Part shown: in pieces, positions 28,699 to 37,225 of the stretch
Layout of the letters: every line of letters begins with the position of its first letter
Numbering within the stretch: position 1 is the stretch's first letter
Notes under the pieces: generated by a model
Database searches by the model: none
What the model saw: only the letters and a program-made list of their open reading frames with translations
Told to the model about the DNA's origin: nothing
Position numbers and translations under genes: made by a program
Source: a virus
Virus record (IMG/VR): IMGVR_UViG_3300048911_000270
Location: 1,064-65,063 of that record
Direction: 5' to 3' (one strand)
Length of the DNA: 64,000 bases

Positions 28699-29067
28699 CT
28701 ATTTGGATCCGGTGCCGCCCCCGTATCCGTGCTCTTTCACGAATGCTTCGACGGCTTCATTGAGGGATTCTCCGGCCTTGTCGGTGAGCGTTCCGACGTA
28801 CCGGCTGAACGTCATCAGTTCGTGCCCGGTCTTCACCCGCTCCGTGGTGACGATGTAGGGCCACTCGTCGCCGTCGGGGTCATGCCGGTCCAGCCAGTGC
28901 TGGACGAACGACCGGGTGTCCGGTCCGCCCTTCTCGGCCAGCTCCGGGGCGAACGTGTTCAGCAGCCGCAGGTGAATGCTCTTGGTGTCCCCGAAGCCCT
29001 GGTCCAGGACCACGATCAGGGTGTCTCCGTCGTGCGTGGCGGTGACCCGGGCCCGCCGGTCCCACAT
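28699..29067 (-). CDS. Thermonuclease (SNase-like) protein
   Basis: HDGDT...HLRLLNTFAPE...FSRYVG. Confidence 0.7.
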   Translation of the reverse strand: MWDRRARVTATHDGDTLIVVLDQGFGDTKSIHLRLLNTFAPELAEKGGPDTRSFVQHWLDRHDPDGDEWPYIVTTERVKTGHELMTFSRYVGTLTDKAGESLNEAVEAFVKEHGYGGGTGSK

Positions 29068-29412
29068 TCAGTACTCTCCGGCCGAGGTCTCAGGCATCGC
29101 GGCCAGGTCTTCCTTCATGTGGCGCTTCATCCGCGACCGGGCGTCCTCGCGCAGCCGCGTCTTGAGCCGGTGGTCCCGCAGCTCCTCCTTGAGCGAGGCG
29201 CGGGCCGCGAACGACCGGGCCTGGGACTCGAAGAAGTCCGCGAAGGCGCCGACGACCGCGCCGATGGCGTCCAGGGCGTCGATGAGCAGGCACGTCGGCG
29301 TCCAGCGCAGGGACGGCAGATCGGTGCTCTCGATCTTCCCCGCCACGTACACGGCGGTGAGAGCGTCGTCCTCGGAGTCGAAGTGTTCGTCAGACATGGG
29401 ATCCTCCGTCAC
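29068..29412 (-). CDS. Hypothetical protein
   Basis: ORF translationally coupled to both neighbours. Confidence 0.5.
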   Translation of the reverse strand: MTEDPMSDEHFDSEDDALTAVYVAGKIESTDLPSLRWTPTCLLIDALDAIGAVVGAFADFFESQARSFAARASLKEELRDHRLKTRLREDARSRMKRHMKEDLAAMPETSAGEY

Positions 29413-30662
29413 AGAATTTCAAGGTCGGACCAGCCGTCCGAACCCACGGAAAACACCAGGAGCCCCGCACGGGAGTCGTCCCCGCTGGTGTTCGAGTACC
29501 AGGAAGACCCGTTGTCGAGGGCCGGAGCCTGGAGCCAGAGCTTCCCGGACCCCACCTCTTCCGCCCGGAAATGGTGGAAATGCCCGGTCAGGAGGATGCG
29601 GGCGGCAGCGACCGGCTGCTCCCCGAACGTCTGGCCGCGCCACCAGTCCACGATCTTGCCGGGGCTGCGGACCTGGTGGCCGTGCGAGAGACCGACGACG
29701 GTCCCGGCGACGTCCACGGACACGGTCTCCTGCCACTTCTCCGGCAGGACGAACCGCACGTGGCCGTAGGCGTCGGGGTTGCAGTTGAACGCGTCGGCGA
29801 CCTGCTGCATCGTCTCGATGCCCCAGTCATCGCTGGGCGGGCCGACCATCTTCCCGTTCACCCGGTGCTGGGCGTGGTTGGAGGCGGCGACCGCTGCGGT
29901 GACGGAGTCGAACTGCCGGGCGAGCCGGTTGAGCCCGTCGAAGGTCAGGCGCCTGTGCAGGCGGACCATCTCGGTCATCGTCAGGTCGTTCGTGCCGAGC
30001 TGCGCGGCCACGTTCTGCTGGCCCTCGATGCAGTCCCCTGCGTCCATCCAGAATGCGGAGTCGACCGGGCGGCCCACGGCCTTGAGGTCGCGGACGTGGT
30101 CCTGGAGCCGGTCGAACTTCTCGGCTACGCGGGCGATCAGCTCGGGGGTGCCGCCCCGGCGGTCGACCTTGCCGGTCTGGGGGTCGGCGTAGGCGACCAC
30201 GAGGCCCCGGGAGGCCGCTGCGAGGCGCCTGGGGGTCCTCTTGACCCTCATGGCGTCCCGGACCATCGTCGCGACGTCCTCGGCCCCGTAGCCCGCCATG
30301 GTGGCCGGTGCGACACGGAACTTCAGGCGCCAGACGGCCTGGGTGACGGCGTCCTCGCCCTCGGCCGCGCGGGTCCAGGCGGCCGGGTCGTACTTGGCCT
30401 CGGCAAGCTGGACGGTCCAGCCCTCGGGAACGGTGAGCCCCAGCTCCTCGACGGCAGCCTTCCAGGCGTTCTGGTCCTGCGGTCCGGTCGTGGTGGGGGC
30501 GGTGACGACGGTCATGGAGCCGTCGGCACCGAAAGCGACGCCGGGCTGCCACTCGCGGCCGACGGGGGCCGTGGGGTTCACTCCGGCCCTGGACGGTGCT
30601 GCCTGGCCCTGGGAGAGCCGCAGCAGGTCGTCCAGGTCGCGGGATAACCCGCTGCCGCTCAC
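29409..30662 (-). CDS. Calcineurin-like metallophosphoesterase
   Basis: AYADPQTGK...DAGDCIEG...SNHAQHR...SHGHQ...TGHFHH...APALDNGS; GTG start overlaps the upstream TGA. Confidence 0.82.
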   Translation of the reverse strand: MSGSGLSRDLDDLLRLSQGQAAPSRAGVNPTAPVGREWQPGVAFGADGSMTVVTAPTTTGPQDQNAWKAAVEELGLTVPEGWTVQLAEAKYDPAAWTRAAEGEDAVTQAVWRLKFRVAPATMAGYGAEDVATMVRDAMRVKRTPRRLAAASRGLVVAYADPQTGKVDRRGGTPELIARVAEKFDRLQDHVRDLKAVGRPVDSAFWMDAGDCIEGQQNVAAQLGTNDLTMTEMVRLHRRLTFDGLNRLARQFDSVTAAVAASNHAQHRVNGKMVGPPSDDWGIETMQQVADAFNCNPDAYGHVRFVLPEKWQETVSVDVAGTVVGLSHGHQVRSPGKIVDWWRGQTFGEQPVAAARILLTGHFHHFRAEEVGSGKLWLQAPALDNGSSWYSNTSGDDSRAGLLVFSVGSDGWSDLEIL

Positions 30663-30925
30663 GCGGCTTCCTGCGGGCAGTGGCAGCCGGAGGACTGGCC
30701 GCGCTTGCGGTGGCGCAGGACGGTCTTGTCGGCGACCGGGTAGCCGTTGCTGGTGAGGGCTCCGGCGATGACGGAGCCGGGGATCTCGGGGTTGTCGATG
30801 ACGCGGGTGAGGTTGGTGCGCTCGTCCTCGGAGAGCTGGCTCATGATCCGGGCGACGGTGCACTGCGGTCCCGGGAAGGTGCCCCGCCGGGACTCGATTT
30901 TCGACAGGTCGGCTATGAGGCTCAT
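30659..30925 (-). CDS. Small HTH/Zn-like protein preceding the phosphoesterase
   Basis: CTVARI...VLRHRKRG..GCHC; common neighbour of this phosphoesterase in actinophages (recalled). Confidence 0.6.
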   Translation of the reverse strand: MSLIADLSKIESRRGTFPGPQCTVARIMSQLSEDERTNLTRVIDNPEIPGSVIAGALTSNGYPVADKTVLRHRKRGQSSGCHCPQEAA

Positions 30926-31162
30926 GATCCCCTACAGGTGCGTACAGGTCCCGTGTAAGTGGACCGATTATTTCCGGCTACTTGCACGTTAGCTTACCGG
31001 GGACGTTTAAGGGAGCCTGCAACTAAGCCTGCAAAAGGCCGATCGAATCTTCTCGGATAAGAGGATAGATATAGCAGGTTGACGGTATCCCCTAAGATTC
31101 CTCTGAGCCTCCTGGGACGCCAGCCCCTGTAGAGGCCCCAACTCACTCCAGGGGGAGCCCAC

Positions 31163-31657
31163 ATGAGCCAGACGACGCAGCCGGTGACGCCCCAGGCCGA
31201 GCCGCCCAAGAAGAAGCGCAAGGGCCTGTACTTCCTTCTGATCGTCGCGGTCTTCGTCGTGATCGGGATCGCGGCGTCGTCCAACGGCGACAAGGACTCC
31301 TCGGAGCCCCCGGCCTTCTCCAAGGGCACCGGCAGCCACCAGAGCGCCGCGAAGCCGGAGCCGAAGGCCGTGGACGCGTTCAAGGCGTACGTGGAGAAGA
31401 ACGGCACGGCCGTCGAGAAGGCCGCCGCCAAGCACGTCACCAAGGTCCAGGGCGCGGACGGCAACAACGACATCCTGGACGCGGCGGACATCTACACCGA
31501 CTACGCGGGTGACATGGTCAGCGACGACGCCGGACGCGGCAAGCTGCTCGCCGCCGCGTTCGCCGACTGGCAGCAGAGCCGGGGCAAGGAGTCCAAGAAC
31601 GGCCTGGTCACCGTCTACAACAATACCGGCGACATTCTCAGCAACGGCAAGTACTAG
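31163..31657 (+). CDS. Membrane-anchored extracytoplasmic protein
   Basis: KKKRK followed by a hydrophobic helix (GLYFLLIVAVFVVIGIAA) and a soluble domain; isolated on the + strand. Confidence 0.7.
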   Translation: MSQTTQPVTPQAEPPKKKRKGLYFLLIVAVFVVIGIAASSNGDKDSSEPPAFSKGTGSHQSAAKPEPKAVDAFKAYVEKNGTAVEKAAAKHVTKVQGADGNNDILDAADIYTDYAGDMVSDDAGRGKLLAAAFADWQQSRGKESKNGLVTVYNNTGDILSNGKY

Positions 31658-31858
31658 ACCCGCACGCGCCGAAGGGGCAGGGAGAGTGATCTCCCTGCCC
31701 CTTCGGCATTTAGCGTCTGTTTGCGGTCCACGGGTGGGCCTTGTAGGGGTAGGGCATCTTGGGGAAGGGCGGGAGGGAGAGGGGCATGCTGAACTCCATG
31801 TACTTGACGATATATCTACCCTAGCAAGGAAGGGCGGGAGGGTGCAAATCCCCGCCCC

Positions 31859-32026
31859 TCAGTCCTGCTTGGTCTGCCGGACGACCGGCGGATCCGGGCA
31901 CAGCGGGTCCGTCACGCCGCCGCCCAGATCGTGCGCCCAGGCGAGTCCGGTCCGGAACTTCTCGTACACGATCCGCCCCCCGCACCACGGGCAATGCGTC
32001 AGCGGAACGTCCGCCGATGTGTGCAT
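31859..32026 (-). CDS. Small Cys-containing hypothetical protein
   Basis: MHTSADVPLTHCPWCGGRIVYEKF... 55 aa; downstream of the motif at 32058; not in the ORF track (<60 aa). Confidence 0.5.
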   Translation of the reverse strand: MHTSADVPLTHCPWCGGRIVYEKFRTGLAWAHDLGGGVTDPLCPDPPVVRQTKQD

Positions 32027-32107
32027 AGTGATCACTTCCTGGCATACCGACCCGGAATATCTACACTAGCGCGCGGCCGTGGCGCGGGGTGGCGGAACGG
32101 GGCGTAC

Positions 32108-32653
32108 TCAGGTGTCCAGGAACGTCAGGATGACCGGGTCCACCCCGTACACGGCCTGGAAGCCGCTGTAGAGGGCCTGGCCGGGCAGCGTGAGGGTTTC
32201 CTTGGTGACCTGGAAGTACCGGCCCAGGCGGGCGTCCCAGAGGCTCTGGTGGGTCGATCCGAGGAACACCGCCACCAGCAGGGGCACGCTGAGATCGTCC
32301 TGCCCGAGGGTTCCGAACAGCGCCCGGCGGAGCGGGCTGGTCTCCCCCTCCCCTTCCGCTGCCGTGACCAGCTTTTCGAGTGTCATCGAGTGATCGAACC
32401 AAGAGTTGCGGTGCTCGTAGGGCACAAAGACCTGGGAGCACTCGGGGCTGACGCACACGTCCGGTCGGTTGATCATGAGGCGGGGCCGGGAGAGGTAGGC
32501 GGTCACGTCAACGTGGCAGTTGTTGCCGTACACGTTGGGGCCGGGGACATCTCCGTCGGTCATCGCCTCGGGGACGATCATCCAGGCGAACAGGCCGCCC
32601 TCCCCCGAGTCGGTCAGGTCCAGCGTGCCCGGCCAGTTGACCAGTTCTTCCAT
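32108..32653 (-). CDS. Hypothetical protein
   Basis: 181 aa; RBS GAGAGGA; normal codon usage. Confidence 0.6.
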   Translation of the reverse strand: MEELVNWPGTLDLTDSGEGGLFAWMIVPEAMTDGDVPGPNVYGNNCHVDVTAYLSRPRLMINRPDVCVSPECSQVFVPYEHRNSWFDHSMTLEKLVTAAEGEGETSPLRRALFGTLGQDDLSVPLLVAVFLGSTHQSLWDARLGRYFQVTKETLTLPGQALYSGFQAVYGVDPVILTFLDT

Positions 32654-32706
32654 GGGAATTCCTCTCTAAACGGGTGAAGGGGCCCCGAAGGGCCCCTTGT
32701 TGGGTG

Positions 32707-33207
32707 TTACCAGCCCATCTTGTCTGCACAGATGGGGCCGATGCCCTTCGCGACGGACTCTGCGTTCGTCAGGAGCTTGGAGCAGATGCAGCAGTGTCCC
32801 GTCTTTTTGCCGAACTTCGCCGCCTGCGCCTCCGTCAGCTTGTCGGCCAGCGTCAGGGTCTTGACGATGCCCGGGGCGTAGGCCCACTTGGAGTGCCCGC
32901 CGGTCCAAACCTTCGCGTACTTCGCGCCCGACGTCTTCGAGGTCTGGACCTTGTAGACGTTGTCGCCTACGCAGTAGAAGCCCTCAGGGACGATCTCCGT
33001 GGCAACCGCCTTGACCTGCGTGCTCTGCGTGCCCGAGATGAAGGGGCACTTCTTGAGCTTGGTGATCATGCTCGACGCCTGGGTCTTCGTCAGGTCCGAG
33101 GAGAATCCGGCGGCCAGGCCCTTGGGGGCGAGACGCGAGGCCAGCAGGGACTTGATGTAACCCTCCTGCGCGGAGGTCATCTTGTCGGAAGCGAAGGTGA
33201 GTGCCAT
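32707..33207 (-). CDS. DUF6011-like Zn-binding protein
   Basis: C-terminal CCICSKLLTNAESVAKGIGPIC; downstream of the motif. Confidence 0.65.
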   Translation of the reverse strand: MALTFASDKMTSAQEGYIKSLLASRLAPKGLAAGFSSDLTKTQASSMITKLKKCPFISGTQSTQVKAVATEIVPEGFYCVGDNVYKVQTSKTSGAKYAKVWTGGHSKWAYAPGIVKTLTLADKLTEAQAAKFGKKTGHCCICSKLLTNAESVAKGIGPICADKMGW

Positions 33208-33356
33208 GGGGAGTCTCCTCGGTGTTGGTGTCTCCGTGTTGATGTATCTACCCTAGCATGTGATTTGGAACGTGTGCAACCCCCAACCGGAAAACCCGCG
33301 AAATCTCTACCCTGATATTCTGGCGAACACAGTCCCTCACACCCTGACGAGGAGAA

Positions 33357-34202
33357 ATGGCCCAGAACACCACCCCCGCCAACATCCGCGCACGCATCGA
33401 GAGCCTGCTGCGTCTCGCCGAGGACAAGGACGCCTCCGAAGGCGAGCGGAACAACGCCCTCGACCGCATCGCCACCCTCACCGAGAAGTACAAGATCGAC
33501 GCCTCCCGCCTCGACCCCCACAGCGGCCAGTGGGTCCGCGAGGAGATCGAGGTCGACACGTTCCACCTGCCCTCTACCTACGGCATCGGGGCCGACCGGC
33601 ACCACGGCGTTTACCAGGTGGTCGAAGCCATGGGAGCCAGCGCCTACGTGATCAAGCAGGGCCACCGCCGCAGGAACGGAGGACAGCGGTACGTGCCGGA
33701 AGGCGTCACCGTCCACGCGACCGCGTCCACAATGCAGGTGCTCAGGGTGCTCATACCTTCCCTGGTCCTCCAGGAGACCTCCGCGAGCACGGCGTTCATC
33801 GCCAGGCTGAAGAAGACCGATGATGCTCTGGTGGCGCTCCAGGACTTGATCAAGCTGCTCCGCAGCAACAACGCCGACCCCAAGAAGTACGTGAACGACC
33901 TGAACCGGCGGATCAAGCTGCACCGCAAGAGCTTCTGCTTCGCGTTCTTCGTGGAAGCTGCCAAGCGGATTCGCGACAAGCGGGCGGATGCCGTCCAGCA
34001 GGCTGACGACAGGTACGCGCTCGTCGTCACGGACATCAAAAAGCGCCTCGCGGAATCCATGGCCGCCGAGGAGCTGACCGTCAGCTCCCGCCAGGGGCGA
34101 TACAGCGCGATCGGCTGGGACGGCGGGACCGAGGCGGGCCAGCAGGCGATGGTCGGGCAGACCGAACTCCACGGCGGACGTCTGGCGATCGAGGGGTGTT
34201 AG
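33357..34202 (+). CDS. DUF2786-domain protein
   Basis: IRARIESLLRLAED...EGERNNALDRIATLTEKYKID. Confidence 0.7.
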   Translation: MAQNTTPANIRARIESLLRLAEDKDASEGERNNALDRIATLTEKYKIDASRLDPHSGQWVREEIEVDTFHLPSTYGIGADRHHGVYQVVEAMGASAYVIKQGHRRRNGGQRYVPEGVTVHATASTMQVLRVLIPSLVLQETSASTAFIARLKKTDDALVALQDLIKLLRSNNADPKKYVNDLNRRIKLHRKSFCFAFFVEAAKRIRDKRADAVQQADDRYALVVTDIKKRLAESMAAEELTVSSRQGRYSAIGWDGGTEAGQQAMVGQTELHGGRLAIEGC

Positions 34203-34307
34203 GATCACTGCGGGTCCAGGTGTTAGAGGGGAGTCGTTGACGGCGGCTCCCCTCAGACGTAATCTGACCAGCACAACCCCGCTTGCAGCGTTCGTTGCAG
34301 CACACCA

Positions 34308-34389
34308 GCCCCCGTGGTGGAAATGGCATACACCGCAGCCTCAAAAGCTGCCGCCGAAAGGCTTGTGGGTTCGAATCCCACCGAGGGCA
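34308..34389 (+). tRNA. tRNA-Leu(CAA)
   Basis: Acceptor GCCCCCG/CGAGGGC (one C-A mismatch), D loop with GG, anticodon stem GCAGC/GCTGC with loop CTCAAAA, long variable arm closed by GAAA, T arm GTGGG-TTCGAAT-CCCAC; CCA not encoded. Confidence 0.9.
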
Positions 34390-34390
34390 C

Positions 34391-34588
34391 GTGAACAACA
34401 CCCGGACGGCACTCCGGGACGCCATCCTCACTGCCCAGCAGTGGTATCTGGGACCTGAGAGAGACGACGCCTGGTTCGCCGCATACGCAGCCACCTACCC
34501 GTCGGACATTGAGAAGGGCCTGCACGCACTCCGCACCGGAGGCGAACAGGCCCTTGACGCATATCTGGAGGCACCCCGTGGATCTTGA
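34391..34588 (+). CDS. Hypothetical protein
   Basis: GTG start immediately after the tRNA; 65 aa; overlaps the next gene. Confidence 0.45.
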   Translation: MNNTRTALRDAILTAQQWYLGPERDDAWFAAYAATYPSDIEKGLHALRTGGEQALDAYLEAPRGS

Positions 34589-35120
34589 CCTGGCCTGCGA
34601 GTTCTACGAGAACGGGCGCACCATCGACCTGATCTCCCTGGCGATCGTGGCGCCGGACGGCGAGTTCTTCTACGCGATCAACCAGGGGATGCCGTTCGGG
34701 CCGATCTTCCGGCACCGCTACCTCCCCGAGCACGTGATGCCGTACCTGCCGGTGCGGGAGGGGCACTTCAACCCGTGGGACACCGAGCACCCGGACTATC
34801 AGTTCGTGATGCCGCTCGCGTCGATCGCGCAGGGCGCCCGGAAGTTCATCACCCGCTACTCGGATCCGTGCCTGTGGGCGGACTACGGGGCGTACAACCA
34901 CGTGGTGTTCGCGCAGTTGTGGGGCCGGATGCAGGACTACCCGGTGGGGCTGCCCATGTGGACGGCGAACACCCAGCAGGAGATCCGGCGCCTGGGCTCT
35001 CCTGCGGTTCCTCCGATGGTGGGCGGGGATCCGACGGCGTTGCGCAAGGCGATGCATAACCAGACCGTCCGCAAGTTCCTGCGGGAGTACGAGAAGGAGA
35101 TTCACGATGGATGCCGCTGA
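34578..35120 (+). CDS. RNase AS/Rv2179c-like 3'-5' exonuclease homologue with degenerate active site
   Basis: CEFYENGRTIDLISLAIVAPDG...LWADYGAYNHVVFAQLWGRM...LPMWT; DEDDh positions substituted. Confidence 0.7.
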   Translation: MDLDLACEFYENGRTIDLISLAIVAPDGEFFYAINQGMPFGPIFRHRYLPEHVMPYLPVREGHFNPWDTEHPDYQFVMPLASIAQGARKFITRYSDPCLWADYGAYNHVVFAQLWGRMQDYPVGLPMWTANTQQEIRRLGSPAVPPMVGGDPTALRKAMHNQTVRKFLREYEKEIHDGCR

Positions 35121-35319
35121 GTTACGGAATCGGTTCGAGTACCACCCGCCGAAGGGGCCGGAGACCGCGTCTGCGCATGAGGTGACGCGGGAGGCGTGCG
35201 CGACGATGGCGGAGTTCTTGAACGTCGTGGTGCCGGAGGGCCGGGAGAAGGCGCTGGCGATGACGCATCTGGAGACGGTGATGTTCTGGGCGAATGCAGC
35301 GATTGCCCGGCAGTCATAG
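35107..35319 (+). CDS. Small Tad1/Acb2-like helical hairpin protein
   Basis: RNRFEYHPP...VPEGREKALAMTHLETVMFWANAAIAR. Confidence 0.6.
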   Translation: MDAAELRNRFEYHPPKGPETASAHEVTREACATMAEFLNVVVPEGREKALAMTHLETVMFWANAAIARQS

Positions 35320-35406
35320 TCTTGTCTGATTTGTCTACCCTTGCACGTTCAATTCAGAATGTGCTAGGGTAGATACATCACCCCAACACCCCAGGAGTAC
35401 ACCACC

Positions 35407-36486
35407 ATGACCTTCACCACCCAGCAGAAGAAGCTGTCCTCCCTCATCGGCGGCGCCCTCGGAGACGCCCTCGGCTACAGCCGCGAGTTCTCCCCCGTCG
35501 GCCAGCACCTCAAGAACATCCCCGGCCGCGACTGGCGCAACGCCGACTTCGACAACGCACCCAACGCCGCGCACTACCAGGACGAGACCGGGCACGCGCT
35601 CGTCTCCGACGACACACAGATGACCATCGCCACGGGCCGGGCGCTCCTCGCCGCCGAGAACGGTTTTCGCATCCAGTACACCAACAACCTCGCGGCCGAA
35701 CTGGCACGAAAGTATGTCGCCTGGTCCAAGCACCCCGACAACACACGGGCCCCGGGCGGGGCGTGCATGAGCGCCTGCCGGAAGCTGGACGACGACCGGT
35801 CCTGGGAGACCGAGCTGGGTACCTGGATCCGGGCCACGGACATCGACACGATGGGCTGCGGCGCCAACATGCGCGTTGCGCCGATCGGCCTGTACATGAA
35901 CCCGGGCGCCGGATCCCTGATCGATATCGCCTACCTGTCCTCGGCCATGACGCACGCCCACCCTGCCGCGCTCGCCTCGGCCGCGCTCACCACGGCCGCC
36001 GTCACGGGCGCCTTCGACGGGATGAACGGCCGGGAGATCCTGGACATGCTGCTGGACATGTGCGAGATGTCCCAGTTCATTCACTACCCGGAGACCGTCC
36101 TCGGCCCCCTGTGGGAGCTGTCCCAGTTCGACTCGGCCCTGTCCTACCTCCAGGCCGGATACCAGCGCTGCGGCTTCTACCTGCGCCAGGCGGACAGGGC
36201 GCTGCGGAACGGCTGGAAGGGCCAGAACGACCCGTGCATCATCACGGGTGAGGGCTGGACCGCGCCGGAAGCCCTCGCGGGCGCGATGCTGTGCACCGTG
36301 GGCCTGTGGGACGAGCCCGTGCAGGTTCTCCAGCGCGCGGCCGTCTCCAAGGGCGACAGCGACTCCCTGGCGTCCATCGCGGGCAACATCCGTGGGGCGG
36401 CCGGAGTCGAGTGGCCGGAGCACCTGGTGAGCCGTCTGGAGCAGGGCCCCGTACGGGAGCTGCACGCCCTCGCCAAGGCCCTGTAA
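35407..36486 (+). CDS. ADP-ribosylglycohydrolase (DraG/ARH family)
   Basis: GGALGDALG, SDDTQMT, GCGANMRVAP, MTHAHP, GDSDSLASIAG. Confidence 0.92.
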   Translation: MTFTTQQKKLSSLIGGALGDALGYSREFSPVGQHLKNIPGRDWRNADFDNAPNAAHYQDETGHALVSDDTQMTIATGRALLAAENGFRIQYTNNLAAELARKYVAWSKHPDNTRAPGGACMSACRKLDDDRSWETELGTWIRATDIDTMGCGANMRVAPIGLYMNPGAGSLIDIAYLSSAMTHAHPAALASAALTTAAVTGAFDGMNGREILDMLLDMCEMSQFIHYPETVLGPLWELSQFDSALSYLQAGYQRCGFYLRQADRALRNGWKGQNDPCIITGEGWTAPEALAGAMLCTVGLWDEPVQVLQRAAVSKGDSDSLASIAGNIRGAAGVEWPEHLVSRLEQGPVRELHALAKAL

Positions 36487-36551
36487 GAAACCCTCCGGGG
36501 GTTGTACGGGATAATCCCGTACAACCCCCTTTTGCTGATTGGAGAACCGCT

Positions 36552-37058
36552 GTGCCTGACCGCCCCGACTGGGACGCCTATTTTCTCGGAATCGCGCGAG
36601 CTGTAGCGGCCCGTGCCGACTGCACCCGCCGTCAGGTGGGCGCCGTGATCGTGGACGAAGATCACCGCATCATCGTCACCGGGTACAACGGAAGCCCGCC
36701 CGGCGGCCTGTCCTGCCTCAAGGGGGAATGCCCTCGCGGACGGCACTACAAGCAGGCCGACAAGTGGTGCCATGTGCACAACGAAACCGACTGCTCTTGC
36801 GCGGATTGGCGTTGCGCCTGCGGTGAGTACTGGCCATGTACGCAAGCCGCACAACCCGGCAGTTCCTATGACACCGGGGCCGGGGCATGCGTTTCGGTAC
36901 ATGCCGAGGCGAATGCACTGCTTTTCGCCCGCGCTTCCGTGAAAGGGGCCACGCTGTATTGCACGGATGCCCCGTGCGGAGGATGTTCTCGTCTCATCCG
37001 GGGCGCCGGGATAGCCCGGGTGATCATCCCAGGAGCCTCACCGGTTCCAGCCAACTGA
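36552..37058 (+). CDS. dCMP deaminase family protein
   Basis: RPDWDAYFL...CTRRQVGAVIV...TGYNG...HAEANA...PCGGC, with a Cys-rich insert. Confidence 0.9.
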   Translation: MPDRPDWDAYFLGIARAVAARADCTRRQVGAVIVDEDHRIIVTGYNGSPPGGLSCLKGECPRGRHYKQADKWCHVHNETDCSCADWRCACGEYWPCTQAAQPGSSYDTGAGACVSVHAEANALLFARASVKGATLYCTDAPCGGCSRLIRGAGIARVIIPGASPVPAN

Positions 37059-37070
37059 ATACCGAGCAGT

Positions 37071-37116
37071 AACGCCGATAGCCGTCCACCTCGTGTGTGC
37101 GGCTATCGGCGTTTTT
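37071..37116 (+). terminator. Intrinsic terminator
   Basis: AACGCCGATAGCCG...CGGCTATCGGCGTT followed by TTT. Confidence 0.7.
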
Positions 37117-37225
37117 GTCGGAATTGACGATTCCTCAGGACACGCCTAACCAGCGCATTTTAACGGCATGTCAGACAGGGAGTGCTAGACTAGCACCACT
37201 TTAGCCACCTGAAAGGACCGCCGAA

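Noticed and set aside
3975-28705. Recurring GCTATTT/AAATAGC motif in the late region as an operator
   Set aside because: Several copies are simply AAA-TAG gene ends or hairpin loops; spacing to starts is inconsistent. The tandem pair at 12061-12083 remains unexplained but is weak.
28622-31000. Terminase small subunit assignment
   Set aside because: No ORF near terL shows a recognisable TerS signature, so it was left unassigned.
34308-34389. tRNA as a prophage attachment junction
   Set aside because: Phage-like genes and the phage motif continue on both sides; there is no duplicated tRNA 3' end and no host genes in the window.
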